Positions 22,306 to 34,280 of a stretch of 64,000 bases of DNA are shown here, in pieces. Each line of letters starts with the position of its first letter. The first letter of the stretch is position 1. The DNA lies in the NCBI GenBank assembly GCA_047495785.1, contig JBLDXI010000034.1, forward strand, positions 558,001 to 622,000, given 5' to 3'. Under the pieces are notes generated by a model, which had not been told where the DNA came from, ran no database searches, and worked only from the letters and a program-made list of their open reading frames with translations. This stretch comes from Lepidodermella squamata (lineage: Eukaryota > Animalia > Gastrotricha). Both the position numbers and the translations under genes were made by a program.

Positions 22306-23718
22306 ATGGAAAACAGTGAAAGACAAAAACAGAAAGCTACAACCTACTGCAAGGTAAGAATAATCACTGGCAATTCGATTCGGCACTATCATTTCGTTCA
22401 CAGGTATGTGGCAAAGTTGTTCCATCGAGGGCGCACTATCAGCCGCGGCAATGCAACGCCTGCATTGTAAACTTTGTCTCATTTATAATGTCTATTCTTT
22501 TGTGGTTAATTCTTCAGAAATTTTTCAATCGACAATCGAAACGAAGATTTGAATTTAAATGCATCACTGGGAAGTTTGACTGCGAGATAAAGCCGGGGCG
22601 AACTCGTGATGGCTGCACCCGTTGTCGGCTTGAGAAGTGCTTTCAATCTCGTCAAAGACAATGTATTTCATTGATTTTGATTGACAACAAATTTGTGAAC
22701 ATTTTCAGTTTTCAAAGGGCAAACTGACTGTTCAAATACGGAAAATGAGGCCATTGGAACTTCTGAATCAGACCAAGTTAGTTCAACCATAATTGTCGAC
22801 CCCGAAGACCCGTGTCGCTTTGATTTGGTTGAGAAAGTGACCAGAAATTCAATTTTGGGATTAACGATTCTACACGATTTAGACTTGGTAGGAATGCAAT
22901 TGTAAATTCGACGAAATAGCAAATTTATCCGCCTTTCTGTTAGGTTCCTTTACGAAAACGGGATAGGCCGTATGAAGATATTAGGATGTTGGCCGAAGAC
23001 TTTAGCATTCGTCATTTCGGAAATTTTTACAATACAAGTTGCAAATTCGCTGGGTACATGAAAGGTAGCTTCTCTTCCTAATTTCTAAAAGGGGATCAGT
23101 AAAACATTTTCTCTTCTAGATGCGTTCTCGTTGTCTGATGCTGATCTGAATGCCGCATTGGCCTATGGATGGGGACGAATGGCTTTTGTTTTTTCATCTC
23201 TACCGAGTAACCAAAGTGCGATTTCCGTCAACGACGTTCTTCTCTCGCAATTTCTTACAATTTTTACAGAATTTGAGGTAAATTCAAGCTTTATATCGTA
23301 TTCTAACTTGAATATTTTTCAGCCGATAATCGAGCTGTCAAAGGAGCTCTCGGGCTTGATAAACTGTTGGAAACCTTCAATGCCTGAATTCGCCTTAGTG
23401 CTAAGTTATCTATTTCTCAATGGTAAGCGATGTCCTGATCCAAATTTATTTGAATTTCCGTTGATATTTCCATCAGGAAGAACATTCCGAATAACGACTC
23501 CTCACTTAGCTCAACTTGCAAGACTCATGAAGCATTCTCTTACAGCCTTGCCATTCTCAGTTTCGCGAGAAGGCGTTGAAAGCTATTTAAGCCGAATTAT
23601 AGAAATTTTGGACCATGCTTCGAGAATAACACCGGATATTATTAAAACTACAGCCGCTCGTCAAGATTTCGCAGCACCTGAGCGGCAAATAGGCACATTT
23701 ATGGCTTTCTTCATGTAG
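22306..23718 (+). CDS. Divergent nuclear hormone receptor, copy C
   Basis: Same exon structure as A and B. The DBD reads CKVCGKVVPSRAHYQPRQCNACI|KFFNRQSKRRFEFKCITGKFDCEIKPGRTRDGCTRCRLEKC. It ends IGTFMAFFM*. Confidence 0.9.
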
Positions 23719-23813
23719 AACCTAGATTATTAAAAAAAAAATGTTCATAGAAAATAGCCTCATGTCGCACAACACCCAGAATCTTTATTTTCTAAAATAT
23801 GTTCTTGAAAATC

Positions 23814-24262
23814 TCAATAAAGGTTTCTTAGTTTGCCATTGCAAACCCGACTGATGATTTCGTAGTACGGCGAATACCGTTTGCCATCGAATTTCTTCAT
23901 ACACTTCTCGTAGTTTCGATTGCGGTTAAGTGCCACTGCCTTGCCCATCGCCCCGCCGTAGATATCCATCGCATACTCCTGTTTAGCCGCTTTCGAATCC
24001 GCATACACATCTGCCATCATTCGCAGCAATCCTAATGAACACAAAAAATCAATTTTTCATTTTTCTGAATTCCGGCTTGGAGCGGAAACTTACGAAAAGA
24101 ATTTTTTACTTTTACTGGTCTTCGGTTGATTTTTTGGCCAATATACGGATACCCATAGGCTTGTATTGCCATCAACTCAACAATGAGCATAGAGGCGAAA
24201 CAAGCTGCTACCAAATGTTGCATTACTGCGTCGACCAATAATATGGAAAACTGCAGTACCAT
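23814..24262 (-). CDS. Secreted two-Cys prepropeptide P1 (2 exons)
   Basis: Signal-like MQHLVAACFASMLIVELMAIQAYG (the start may be at 24223). Phase-1 intron 24093-24032. Spliced protein reads ...KNSFRLLRMMADVY...RNRNYEKCMKKFDGKRYSPYYEIISRVCNGKLRNLY*. AATAAA follows on the minus strand at about 23790. Confidence 0.82.
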
Positions 24263-24869
24263 AGTATGTAACTTCCAGGTGTGTTTTTAAAGTAGACCAG
24301 CACTCAACACCCACGTTGTTGATTGAACCTGTTGCGAGTTTGCTGCCCTCGGATATCCCTGGATGGCTATGTTTTTACTCGGACGATTCGAAACACCTGT
24401 TTATCATTGGGTCACGGAAGTTACAAAGCAAATTATTTATTTATAAATTCCATAATGTTTATGAAAACAGGTGAATATAATCACTCGAATGATTGCTAGT
24501 TCGTTTCAGTGAACGAAGTACGGAGGGGAAAGGGAAGCATCGAACCCGAGAACAACCGAGAAAAATCGCCGAAAAACCTCAGAGGGGACGTATTGATCTG
24601 CAAATTCAGAAATGCCCCCCAATCCGAGGATCCCACGCCGTACACTGGACCTATTTCCAAGCTTCTTGCTTCGAGGAAGTTCAACCAATTTTCAATGGCA
24701 GCTCTGAGTATGCTTGCATAGGTACAAATGTTTCCTCTGCCACATGTACCAAGGTTAAACCAGAATCTAAGAGCATTGATTTTTTTCATAATTTATTTCA
24801 AAAATGTCTCTAGCGAAAAGGATTTAAAAATAGAAATCAGTGAATGACCATGCTTTGTCAAACGTCTAT

Positions 24870-25254
24870 TCAAGACCTCCTTTGCTGCAGTTTTCTGCAG
24901 GCTCTCACTAGCGCATCGTAGTAGGGCGTGTCCTGCCTCAGAAGATCTTCAAACCTCCTCATGCATTCGATATAGCCACGATCTGATGCACTGTTAGATT
25001 TCGGGATTTCAGACCTTGGGAAAGCGCCAGATTGTACTCGCAAAACACCTGAAACAAATGAAATTGAGATTCGTTGATTATGAAGCCCTCAAATATCCTT
25101 TACGATGTTTATTCGGCTTTGGAACATCATTCGGTCGACTGTTCACATTGACACTGCCACTTTTACTTGGCATGCCAAATGCCGACAGCGCTTCAACAGT
25201 CAACAGCTGGAATAATGCAAGCACTGAAATAGCCAGGAAAACGCGCTTCGTCAT
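24870..25254 (-). CDS. Secreted two-Cys prepropeptide P2 (2 exons; absent from the ORF track)
   Basis: MTKRVFLAISVLALFQLLTVEALSAFGMPSKSGSVNVNSRPNDVPKPNKH, phase-1 intron 25103-25049, then RVLRVQSGAFPRSEIPKSNSASDRGYIECMRRFEDLLRQDTPYYDALVRACRKLQQRRS*. Confidence 0.82.
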
Positions 25255-25562
25255 CTCAAAAATGAATAAATCTTGCTTGATAGTAAGCAGCGAAAGTCGG
25301 AGATTTTCGATTTATATTGAGCGCGAACGCACACACCTCCGTTTCGCACGATATCAAGCTCCGGGGAGCTATTCCGAGGCAATGCGTGGCCACGACTACG
25401 ACTCTTTAGTGTGAAATCGATCAAACTTTTTCATCACCTTGAATCTCACAGCTGCTTGATTGCGCATTCAAGGTAAATAAAAATACATGAATAATAAGTG
25501 TTTTTTTGGTTTATTTAAAGCCCGGACAATTCACCCAGGCTCCAAGCGCACGGAATGTCCCC

Positions 25563-25995
25563 TCACACTGATGATCGGCCTTCATCGCATATTCTGGTCA
25601 TAGCTTTGTAGTGCTGTGGATTTTCTCGAAATTTATCGAACTGGCGTAGGCATTTTTTGTAGTTTCGACTGCGAAGCGCTGATATTGTTTTGCCCATCAG
25701 TCCGCCGTAGGTTTCCGATGCGAGAAGATCGTTGTCGCTTTGAGGTTTCGAAGCTGACATTCTCAACATTCCTGTTTGAAATAATACAAATAATGTTCAA
25801 TAACGAAAGATGCTTTAAAAAGCTCAGCTCACGGATATAAATTGGAGGACTTGATCTTGTCGGCGCTTTTCTGGTTGAATCTGGGTTGGAATTGGAATCT
25901 TTACCAACTGGATTGAGATAGGCCTTTTCGACCAGCGCAGCTAGAATTAGGATGAAAACAATAGTTTCCAATGAAATGTTTTGCATTTTTGCCAT
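25563..25995 (-). CDS. Secreted two-Cys prepropeptide P3 (2 exons)
   Basis: MAKMQNISLETIVFILILAALVEKAYL...PIYI, phase-1 intron 25832-25772, then RMLRMSASKPQ...ETYGGLMGKTISALRSRNYKKCLRQFDKFRENPQHYKAMTRICDEGRSSV*. TATAAAA on the minus strand at about 26044-26038. Confidence 0.85.
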
Positions 25996-27356
25996 GATGT
26001 TGGAAGTTTAGTCAATGAAATCAGCGGTTTCGAGCCCTTTTATAGGTCTCATAACCACTAATCAGGATAATGTTATATATAAATAGCTTCGATATTATTC
26101 TTCCTAATGTACTTTTATCGTCATACGCCATTCATTAATGCATGATTGCTGAATTTTCAATGATTGCCTGAGTGCGATATATACGATGGCCGATATAATC
26201 TTGCGCACTTTTTCAATTAGGAAATTTGAAATTTCAATTACGAAATTGAGATCTCGTGAAACGTCCGGACTTGGCATCGCTTTAGTAAAAAATAACGGAA
26301 TTCATTAGTGAAAATTAGATTGATGAAAGAAAAATTATAACACGACTTAATCGTGTAATGGAAGGTAAATCGGACAAAAAATATGTCAGGCTAGATTAGA
26401 TATTCGCGGAAAAAATGTGAAATTGTAGGTAGGCGAATTTCTCTCTTTCTTTGGCGCATTGTTTAATTTGGTCATTCCTAGCTATAATTTTATGAAAGCT
26501 AGTTTTAATATTATGAATATAATGCGACGATGTTTAAGGAACTATACAATTAACAATTTTAAATTCGCTCAAATCATAGATCGCGCATTACCGTGAATAC
26601 AGAGACCATAAATTTCGATTCTAAAATTTTCATTCCGCTCAAAACATTCTGAAAATTGTTATGAATGTTTATAAGGCTATTTCTGATTTTTTTCTGTGAA
26701 TTTCTGGTGTTATTTTAAAAACTCATTATTATTCAAATTTCCTGAACAACTTTCCAGATAGAAAACATGTATGCAGAGCTCGAATTTCCAACATTACGAA
26801 ATAGATTTCATGCAAACGTTCATTGTTCACCAGGGTTCGATCTTAGGACCTGGAGCTGCGTCGCGACACCCCAGTCCTGGGACTAAAACTAGAGAAAGGC
26901 TGAAAAAACCATAAGGGGACCCTTTGGTTTCTTCAGCTGGATCCTAGATAAAAAGTAGAAAACACCTCAGCTCCCGGATCCTACTTCGCACTCTGCCAGG
27001 GATGAACAATGTCTTTTGCTGAATGTGCCAAAACGACTGGAGATTTTACAAAAAACGAACGAAGCTTTTACACAATTTTGAAGATAATTTGCCACTGGCA
27101 TACACGCTCCAAAACCTCTTCCAAGACAGTGGGCTCAATTTTCATTTTCTCGTCAGATCAGACTGAGCTGGGTGGGGTACGGGAGCGGCGATACCCTCCA
27201 TCGCCCCTGAAAGTCGCACTTTTCACAACCTGAGAATTACCATGGTGTTTATTCCGCCGTTCGTCAAGAGTAAAAAAAAAGAAAAAAGAAGAAGGACACA
27301 GCCTCATTCTTGATTTCAAAACAAATGTTTCCGTAACAAATTATGTATGCTGAACC

Positions 27357-27596
27357 TCAGACATCTTTCTCCATGCAAATTTTCGCCAGCTGCTTGTAGT
27401 AAGGTTTGCCCCGAAGTCTGTCGAACTTGCGCAAGCATTGGCTTTTGTTTCGGATCTTTGCCGCTGCAATGACCTTGATAGCCAGCTCCACAGGGATCTC
27501 TGGACCTTTTGTCGTAGCGATTGCCGACGGCACCTGCTTAACATCAGCAGCCATGGACACGGCGAGAGCACATGCAAGGAAAAGAACGTAAAACAT
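27357..27596 (-). CDS. Secreted two-Cys peptide P4 (single exon)
   Basis: MFYVLFLACALAVSMAADVKQVPSAIATTKGPEIPVELAIKVIAAAKIRNKSQCLRKFDRLRGKPYYKQLAKICMEKDV*. It has the same C-L-R-K-F-D...PYY...C motif as P1-P3. Confidence 0.82.
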   Translation of the reverse strand: MFYVLFLACALAVSMAADVKQVPSAIATTKGPEIPVELAIKVIAAAKIRNKSQCLRKFDRLRGKPYYKQLAKICMEKDV

Positions 27597-28367
27597 AGTG
27601 GTTAGACTAAAAGCTCGTTTTTCAAAGAATAGTTCATCCCTACTCGATGAGACGGTCCACTCGCCCAGTTTCAAAACTTAATTAGCTGAAATTTAACAAA
27701 TATCACGTCGATCCGCTCTGACTCACGATGACTCTCAGCCAATTCGTGATTCTTTAAAGACAATTATTATATTACTCGCAGACTTCATTATATTTCGCAG
27801 GATATTTATTCCTAAATTTTTCACGTGAATGTTCACACAAAATACAAGTTTAAAAACGCCCTAGGCAGGCGAGTGTCTTAATAGGGATAGTTTATATCGC
27901 TTAGCGCTGCATATTGCTTTATACATTATACATCTATTGAAGCTGCGATCGCCTATCATTGCCATTCCCGGGACGCCTCCGTAAGAGCAATTGCAGTACG
28001 TATCTCATTATCGTGGAGGAAACTGAAAATTTGCGAATCGCAGAGATCATTCGGACCTCGCTTAAGCTCAAGTTCAGATTCGATGATCTATCTAAAAAAA
28101 GGTTCCAGGACCTAGGTTAAGGATAAAGTCAGCAAAATGGGATAAAGACTCCAAGTTGATATCTTGGTAGTTTTTCGGATTTTGTTGTTGTTGAAAACCA
28201 GCGGCGTTTCGAGGTTCGAGGTTCGAGGTTTTTTTGCAATGATGGCCTCATAAACTCCGTCTCACGGTTAGTTTTGCTTTCTTTGGAAATCGCTGATAGG
28301 TATTAGTCATTCATACATGCGCATGGTGAAATGCAAAACTAGATCGGGGTTTCAGATTTATGTAATC

Positions 28368-29354
28368 TAGTGATGCGCTCCGATTTTGGCTAATCGCGAT
28401 TAAATCACGATTAAGTCGAATCGAATTTTAATCATGGCGCTCGTCCCAAAATCGTCTTTCCTGGCATCGATTAATCGCCCGATTAATCGCCCGATTAATC
28501 GGCTATGATAGATGTTCTGACAAGACAGTGTAGAGGCGAATCTGCTTACGTTCATTCCTATTTCTTTTTTCTTCTATTGCATTCTTTTTTCTAAGCATTT
28601 AGTTCGCTGAGGAGGATGCTTTGGTAAGAAAAATCTATTCGCTATTTGAAAATTGCATGCATAACAGGAAACTGATTGATTATCGATTATCGATTATCGA
28701 TTTGCGCTCATCCAATGGTCTCTATCAATTAACGGTTCGCATCATCTTGTTCAGCGAAAAAAGTTACCCTAGAGCCCTAATTTTCATCAAAACAGGGTGA
28801 ATGGTTTTGAAGAAATCGCGCAATCAAAATTTGGTTTCCGGCTATTGAATTGATCAATTAATTGGATTATAAAAATAAAAATCTCAAAGAAATCGGCAAA
28901 ACCGCTTCTTTTCATGTCGAAACCTCCCTGGAGGGGGTAGTTTTTCACGAGGAATCAGAATCTGCTTTCAGAATTTCAATAGCCATCATACTTCCGAAGA
29001 TAATTAGTACTAATTAATAAATTTATTGCTTTATTGCACTCAATTTATTTTGCATCACCAAAACCAATTTAGGTCGAGTAACACATAGAATTACTCAGTT
29101 TTTTGCGTAGAATCTCGTGGAATTGTCAGATTGAGGATACGAGTTTATAGTAATGCTAGAAGCGCGTTCAAATATTTGTTACAAAAAAGCCTATCTGATT
29201 ATGATTTTTCTTGAATTTAATACAGCGCCCACGATTAATCGATTTGATTTGTCGGGCGATTCGATTGACGATTTAATCGCGATTAACACGATACGATTAT
29301 CGTGGAAATCGAATTTTAATCGATTAAAGAAAAAATAATCGGCGCGCATCACTA
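28368..29354. mobile_element. Non-autonomous hAT-like element
   Basis: TIR TAGTGATGCGC / GCGCATCACTA. The 8-bp flanks ATGTAATC and ATCTAATC match at 7/8 (TSD). Multiple subterminal CGATTAATCG-type repeats at both ends. Confidence 0.85.
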
Positions 29355-29497
29355 ATCTAATCTCTTGGTGTTCTATAACATGTTGAATATGATTTTTTCC
29401 TAATTTTTCTGATTTTTTCAAAAACAATATGAGCACGTGCCTCGAGCCACTTTTTCACAAATGCTTCGACTCATTCATGGAAAATTAATCGTAAATT

Positions 29498-31343
29498 ATG
29501 CTCGAAAAACCTAAATGCTGGCATGGCGTGTTTCTAACATGCACAGCTCTCATTTCTCTATACGGCTTTTACTTCGCAGCAACTTCTTTGGATTTAAAAG
29601 CAACCTCTGTCAAATCAGCGTTGACTTATAAGCCCAATGTAACCAACGTCAAACCGTCCAAAACTGTACCACGTGCCCAGCTCGTTTCCAAACTTTCAAA
29701 CGATACCGTTTCAGAGCTTAGAAGATTGGCCGATTCGCTTTACTCGAACTTCTACGCTCAATATTATGACCAAGCTATTGCGGTTCAAGGCGACCCGACA
29801 AGATTCCAACAGCTCATGCTCAGATTGATTGATTCGAGCCGAAACAAGACGAAAACGCTCAATATCGGAGTGATTGGCGGATCGAATACTCACAATCGAA
29901 CCTCTGCGGTAAGTGAACTCTAAACTGATCATTACCACTTATTAGTAAACTGTTTTCAAGGTTCCGAATTATTTTTACCGGGTCTGTAGATGGTTTTCAA
30001 CGAATCTACCCGATGTCAAGGTCAATTGCGAAAATTGGGCTCTCGGAGCGACTGGAAGGTGAAGGCAATGATTTCAAGAAGTTCAATTTCCCCACTGTAT
30101 TTAACTCTTTTTAGCCCGTTTTATGCTTATTGCGCAAACCAACTGTTCAATGCAAGCAAATTCGACATAGTTTTCCTTGAATTCGCTATCAACGACGTTA
30201 AGCGAACGATATTTGCGAAAGAATACTTCCACCGCGTCATTGAAGACTTCCGAACTGCCAATCCGAATGTTTTCCTTATGAATGTTGAGATCGACCATGT
30301 TCAACGGCTTCTCGGCGTCAAATGGTTGGAAAGAACAAGTTACTGGCGATGTGAGCCCTATTTTGTGCCGCCGTATCACCGGGCTTCGTCGAGGTTTTAC
30401 AAGATACCTTCGATTCAAATGACCCATTTCTTTTGTGCGCACGATTCGAGAAACATCACGATGACATCAATGATGGGTGCGTTTAAAATTAATAATATTA
30501 TTTTCCAATTAATTTAAAATTGAAAAAATTGAACATATTTTAAAATATTTAATAAATTTCAATTTCAATTTGAAATTTCAAAAATTTCACAATTTAAATA
30601 TTGCAGATGGTTACCTATCCACGGTCGATCGGAGGCATCCAGGGGCTCTTGTCCACATTATGTTAGCAGAATTCATCGTCAATTACTTCAAGCGCGCCAT
30701 TAACGGAATTATCAAGAACGGTCCGCCTTCGAAAGCTGCGAAGACAAAATTCCAAATCAGGAAACGTCATCCTTTCTCTACGAAATGCTTCCTGTCCGTA
30801 GTTCCTCATCAATATAATCTAATCAATCGGAAACTGGATCAATCTGCGATTTTGCCAGTAGGCCAAAACATCTCGTTAGAAGAAAGGGATTTTCTCTATG
30901 CTATCAAGATGCTATCCCGGCGTAACTCTTCGTTCAGTTTCATGTTCGAAAACATAATTTCAAGCAAACCTATGGATAAGAATTCAGAGACTTACTGTCA
31001 GAAGAAGGACAATTGCTTTCTTCCTCGTTTGGTGATAATTCACAAGGCGATGGGCGTAAATCACGATGTTCTGCTGTCAATTGAAGCTACCTACATATTC
31101 TCGTCCGGATTGAATGTAAGCCAGAGCTATACGCTGAACGTTCAAGCTACGCACCGCTTCCAGACTTACGAAATACCGAAAACAGTCGGCCATCGGCAAA
31201 ATGTGTCCTGCTTCGATTCGTCCGGTGCGAAAAATCAACTCGAGGCTGTTGCATTGACTCTTCATCAGAAAAGCCATAAAATTCACTTTTTGATGCTAAC
31301 TGGAGTTGTGTTTGTCTTCGACTGTCCCGATCCTTATGAATAA
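29498..31343 (+). CDS. Type II membrane SGNH/GDSL hydrolase-like protein (4 exons)
   Basis: N-terminal TM/anchor. Block I IGVIGGSNT, block II GATGSPFYAYC (across an intron), block III DIVFLEFAIND, block V DRRHP. Introns at about 29909-29960, 30059-30115 and 30477-30607. Confidence 0.8.
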
Positions 31344-31691
31344 ATTCTAATTACTTGATTTGAGACAATTTTTGAGTAACTCATGTGACTGTGATATCGA
31401 TAGCAGGCCAAAATGTCTAGGTCTAATTAAAATAATTGCCTAGAAGAATGCGAGGTCAATCCCGTTTCCCAAGCGCAAGAGGAGAAACGTCTGCGGTGTG
31501 AGGCTCGATTTAGTAATGATTCGCGCGCTTCAAAATTAGCATGTAGGGGTTGGTGTGTGATGAACACTGTTCGCTTTTAATTGCAAATTACCGCTATCAA
31601 CTTGCGGCTTGAAAATCGAGGCCTAGGAGTGGTTTATAAAGTTTCCGAATTCGCATTCTGAGGGACTTGAATCCTAATATTTGGACAAATA

Positions 31692-34205
31692 ATGCTGAAC
31701 CTTTTCTCCACTATCTTTCTGATGGTCTTAATACTAAGGTCTGACCCTGCTCGAAGCTCGGTCCTAAACAAGCCATACACCTTGAAGATTCCGGTAACAC
31801 TTCCAATTGGAGGTCCTATAGCACCCCTAGGCAAAATGTGTACGGAATCGATTGAACTATTCCTTCGAATCATCAATAACCGAAGCGACATACTGCCCGA
31901 CTACAACTTGGTCGTAGATTTGGTCGACGATCAATGCCGAGCTACGGCGGCAGTATCGCGTCTGATGCCGTTCTTCATCGACGGCAAACGAACAAGTGAA
32001 TTTGGCACTATCGGCCACCATTTTCTACCCAGTGGAGCTAGGTTCACGAGAAAATCTGCGGAGATCAGCTATATACCTCCGTTTTTGACTGGGTCGATGT
32101 GCTCTGGGGTTTGCAAAGTCATTTCGAGATATGCCCAGCTTTTCGACTTCATAAATGTAAGATACCTGGATCTTCCTTCAAGCTTAATTTCGTTCTATTC
32201 AGTTTTCAGCAGCTTGTAACGATGCGACCCTAGCCGATCGGAAGTTGTACCCCAATCTGTATCGAATAATGTCGACAAACCAAGTCATTACAACGATGAT
32301 GCCTTTTTTGAAGATGATGAACTGGCGAAAAGTTGCCGTCATTTCTGACATTTCCCCTTCGATTTTCCAAACATCGAATTCGATGATAAACGATTTCCCT
32401 AAGAACAACATAACCTTTTTGGCTGTTGAGTTTTTCATCGATGATCCATTAGAAGCTGTTAGTCGGGTCAAAGCAAGTGGTGCCCGGATCATTGTCGCTA
32501 ATTGCTACTACGAAACATGCCCAGTTGTTGCCTGTCAGGTAATTAGACGTTTTTAACACCAAAGATATACTATTTTTACCAATATTTGTAGGCATTTCTT
32601 CAAGGGCTTTACGGTCCTAATATAGTCTGGATATTTCCTGGTTCAACAGATTTCGTGAATTTCAAGCCACTACCGGATGGCTGCTCAATATCAGACCTTC
32701 GAACCATTGACTACGGCTCAATGTACTTCCGCCAGGTGCCAAACGACTACAAATCTGGCCAAACCGAAATAGGAATAACTGGGCAGCAGCTCGACGATTT
32801 CTTCACGCAAAATGTGCCCGGTGTTTGGCAGGACCCGCTTGTCGATTCGAGGTACATGTGTCTCGACAGCGTCATGCCATCAGCTTTTGTACTGGACGCT
32901 GTTGAAAAGGAGCTGAACTCGCAAAATTCATCAATTCGCTTCCAAATTGCAGACGAAGCTTCGAATTCAGCTCTAAGCGAAATAATTCAGGAGAAAATTA
33001 AGAATTTGAATATTCGCGCGTTCTCCGGGCGAATTCGGTATCAAAATGAAGATCAGGAAACTCTGGTACCGACCGGCTATGAACAATCGCAGGAGAATGG
33101 AACGAGACGCATGATTTTCGTCGACAATGGGGTTGACTCTTTCAACGAATCGCTTCACTACCAATTCAAAGCTCCATCAATTTGGAAAACTTCGAATGGA
33201 AAATCGCCGAAAGACGAAGTGGGCTATGTCGAAAGCCTGGAACTTCTATCTTATCCAGCTGTCATTCTAATTGATCTAACCTCGAGCTTGCTAATCGCAG
33301 GATCTTTAGTTTTGATTGCCTTCCTTTTGAAATCTCGAAATGATTCTAGATTTCGAAAAGATGAAACATACGGCAGTATCGCTCTGATTGTTGGCTTGAT
33401 ATTATGTCTAACTGCTATCCTTATTCACCCAATTCAATCAACAGCCTCTCTTCAAATGGTCTACTTCTGTGCGACAGCTCCAGTTCTAGTTTCTATTGGC
33501 TATTCTTTGATATCAGTTGGCCTTTTCTCAAGGATTCGAAGCTCCAACAAATTCAGTCAAACTTCGACTCTCACGAGGATTACTAAGAGCTACGATTCCC
33601 GTTTGAACCTGAAAACACAGCGAAGTTCCATGAAATCTGTCAGATTTTCAAAGACGAACTCGCCCAGATCGAATTACTACACCGCATGCACGTGGGTTGC
33701 AGCTAATGCGGCTATTTTAGTACTGTGGTACGCTGTTGGCTCCGTGCCAACTGTTCGCGAGATATCGCAATCGCGCTTCGATTCGTTCAACGACGTGATT
33801 TTCTTAGAAATTTCCTGGACTTGTACTACGACCGGAGAACCGGACCGGCTAATGTCGACGGCTATTTTCGGCGGATGTCTAATCGCTATGAACGGACTAG
33901 CGCTGCTCGCTCTATTCGTCCTGGCCTTGATTAGGAGTCAAACGAGAGACGATGAGATGAAACGTACTGTTCGATGCCTCTACGTCTTGGTCCCGTCAGC
34001 TATTGCCCAGGTTCTAGCGGTTTTGGTGTTCAATGAACCTGAGCCTAAATTCTATTTTCTGAGCCTAGCTACCATAGCAACAAGTTGCATCATTTTAGCG
34101 AATCTTTTCGCTGGGAAGCATACATTATTACGTCAGCAATTGGTGAACAATTCCCTGGTAATTCGCAGTCTGGCGCTTAGTAGATCAACTACTACTACGA
34201 GATAA
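31692..34205 (+). CDS. Class C GPCR, GABA-B-receptor-like orphan (GPCR1; 3 exons)
   Basis: Signal peptide, then Venus-flytrap motifs INNRSDILPDYNL..DDQC, LADRKLYPNLYR, NWRKVAVI and GLYGPNIVWIFPG. WKTSNGKSPKD linker with no Cys-rich domain, then seven hydrophobic segments. Introns 32157-32202 and 32539-32591. Confidence 0.88.
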
Positions 34206-34280
34206 GACAAGTATAAAACGGACAAGATAAAGAATTTACCACAGACTAAACTGTTGCTACAGGTTCAATTGGCGTAGTTT

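Noticed and set aside
25016-25414. 132-aa plus-strand ORF
   Set aside because: It lies antisense to the spliced peptide gene P2, which has a signal peptide, a conserved intron and the family motif.
31692-34205. Assigning GABBR1/GABBR2 or named NR gene symbols
   Set aside because: The sequences are too divergent and multi-copy, and orthology cannot be established by eye.
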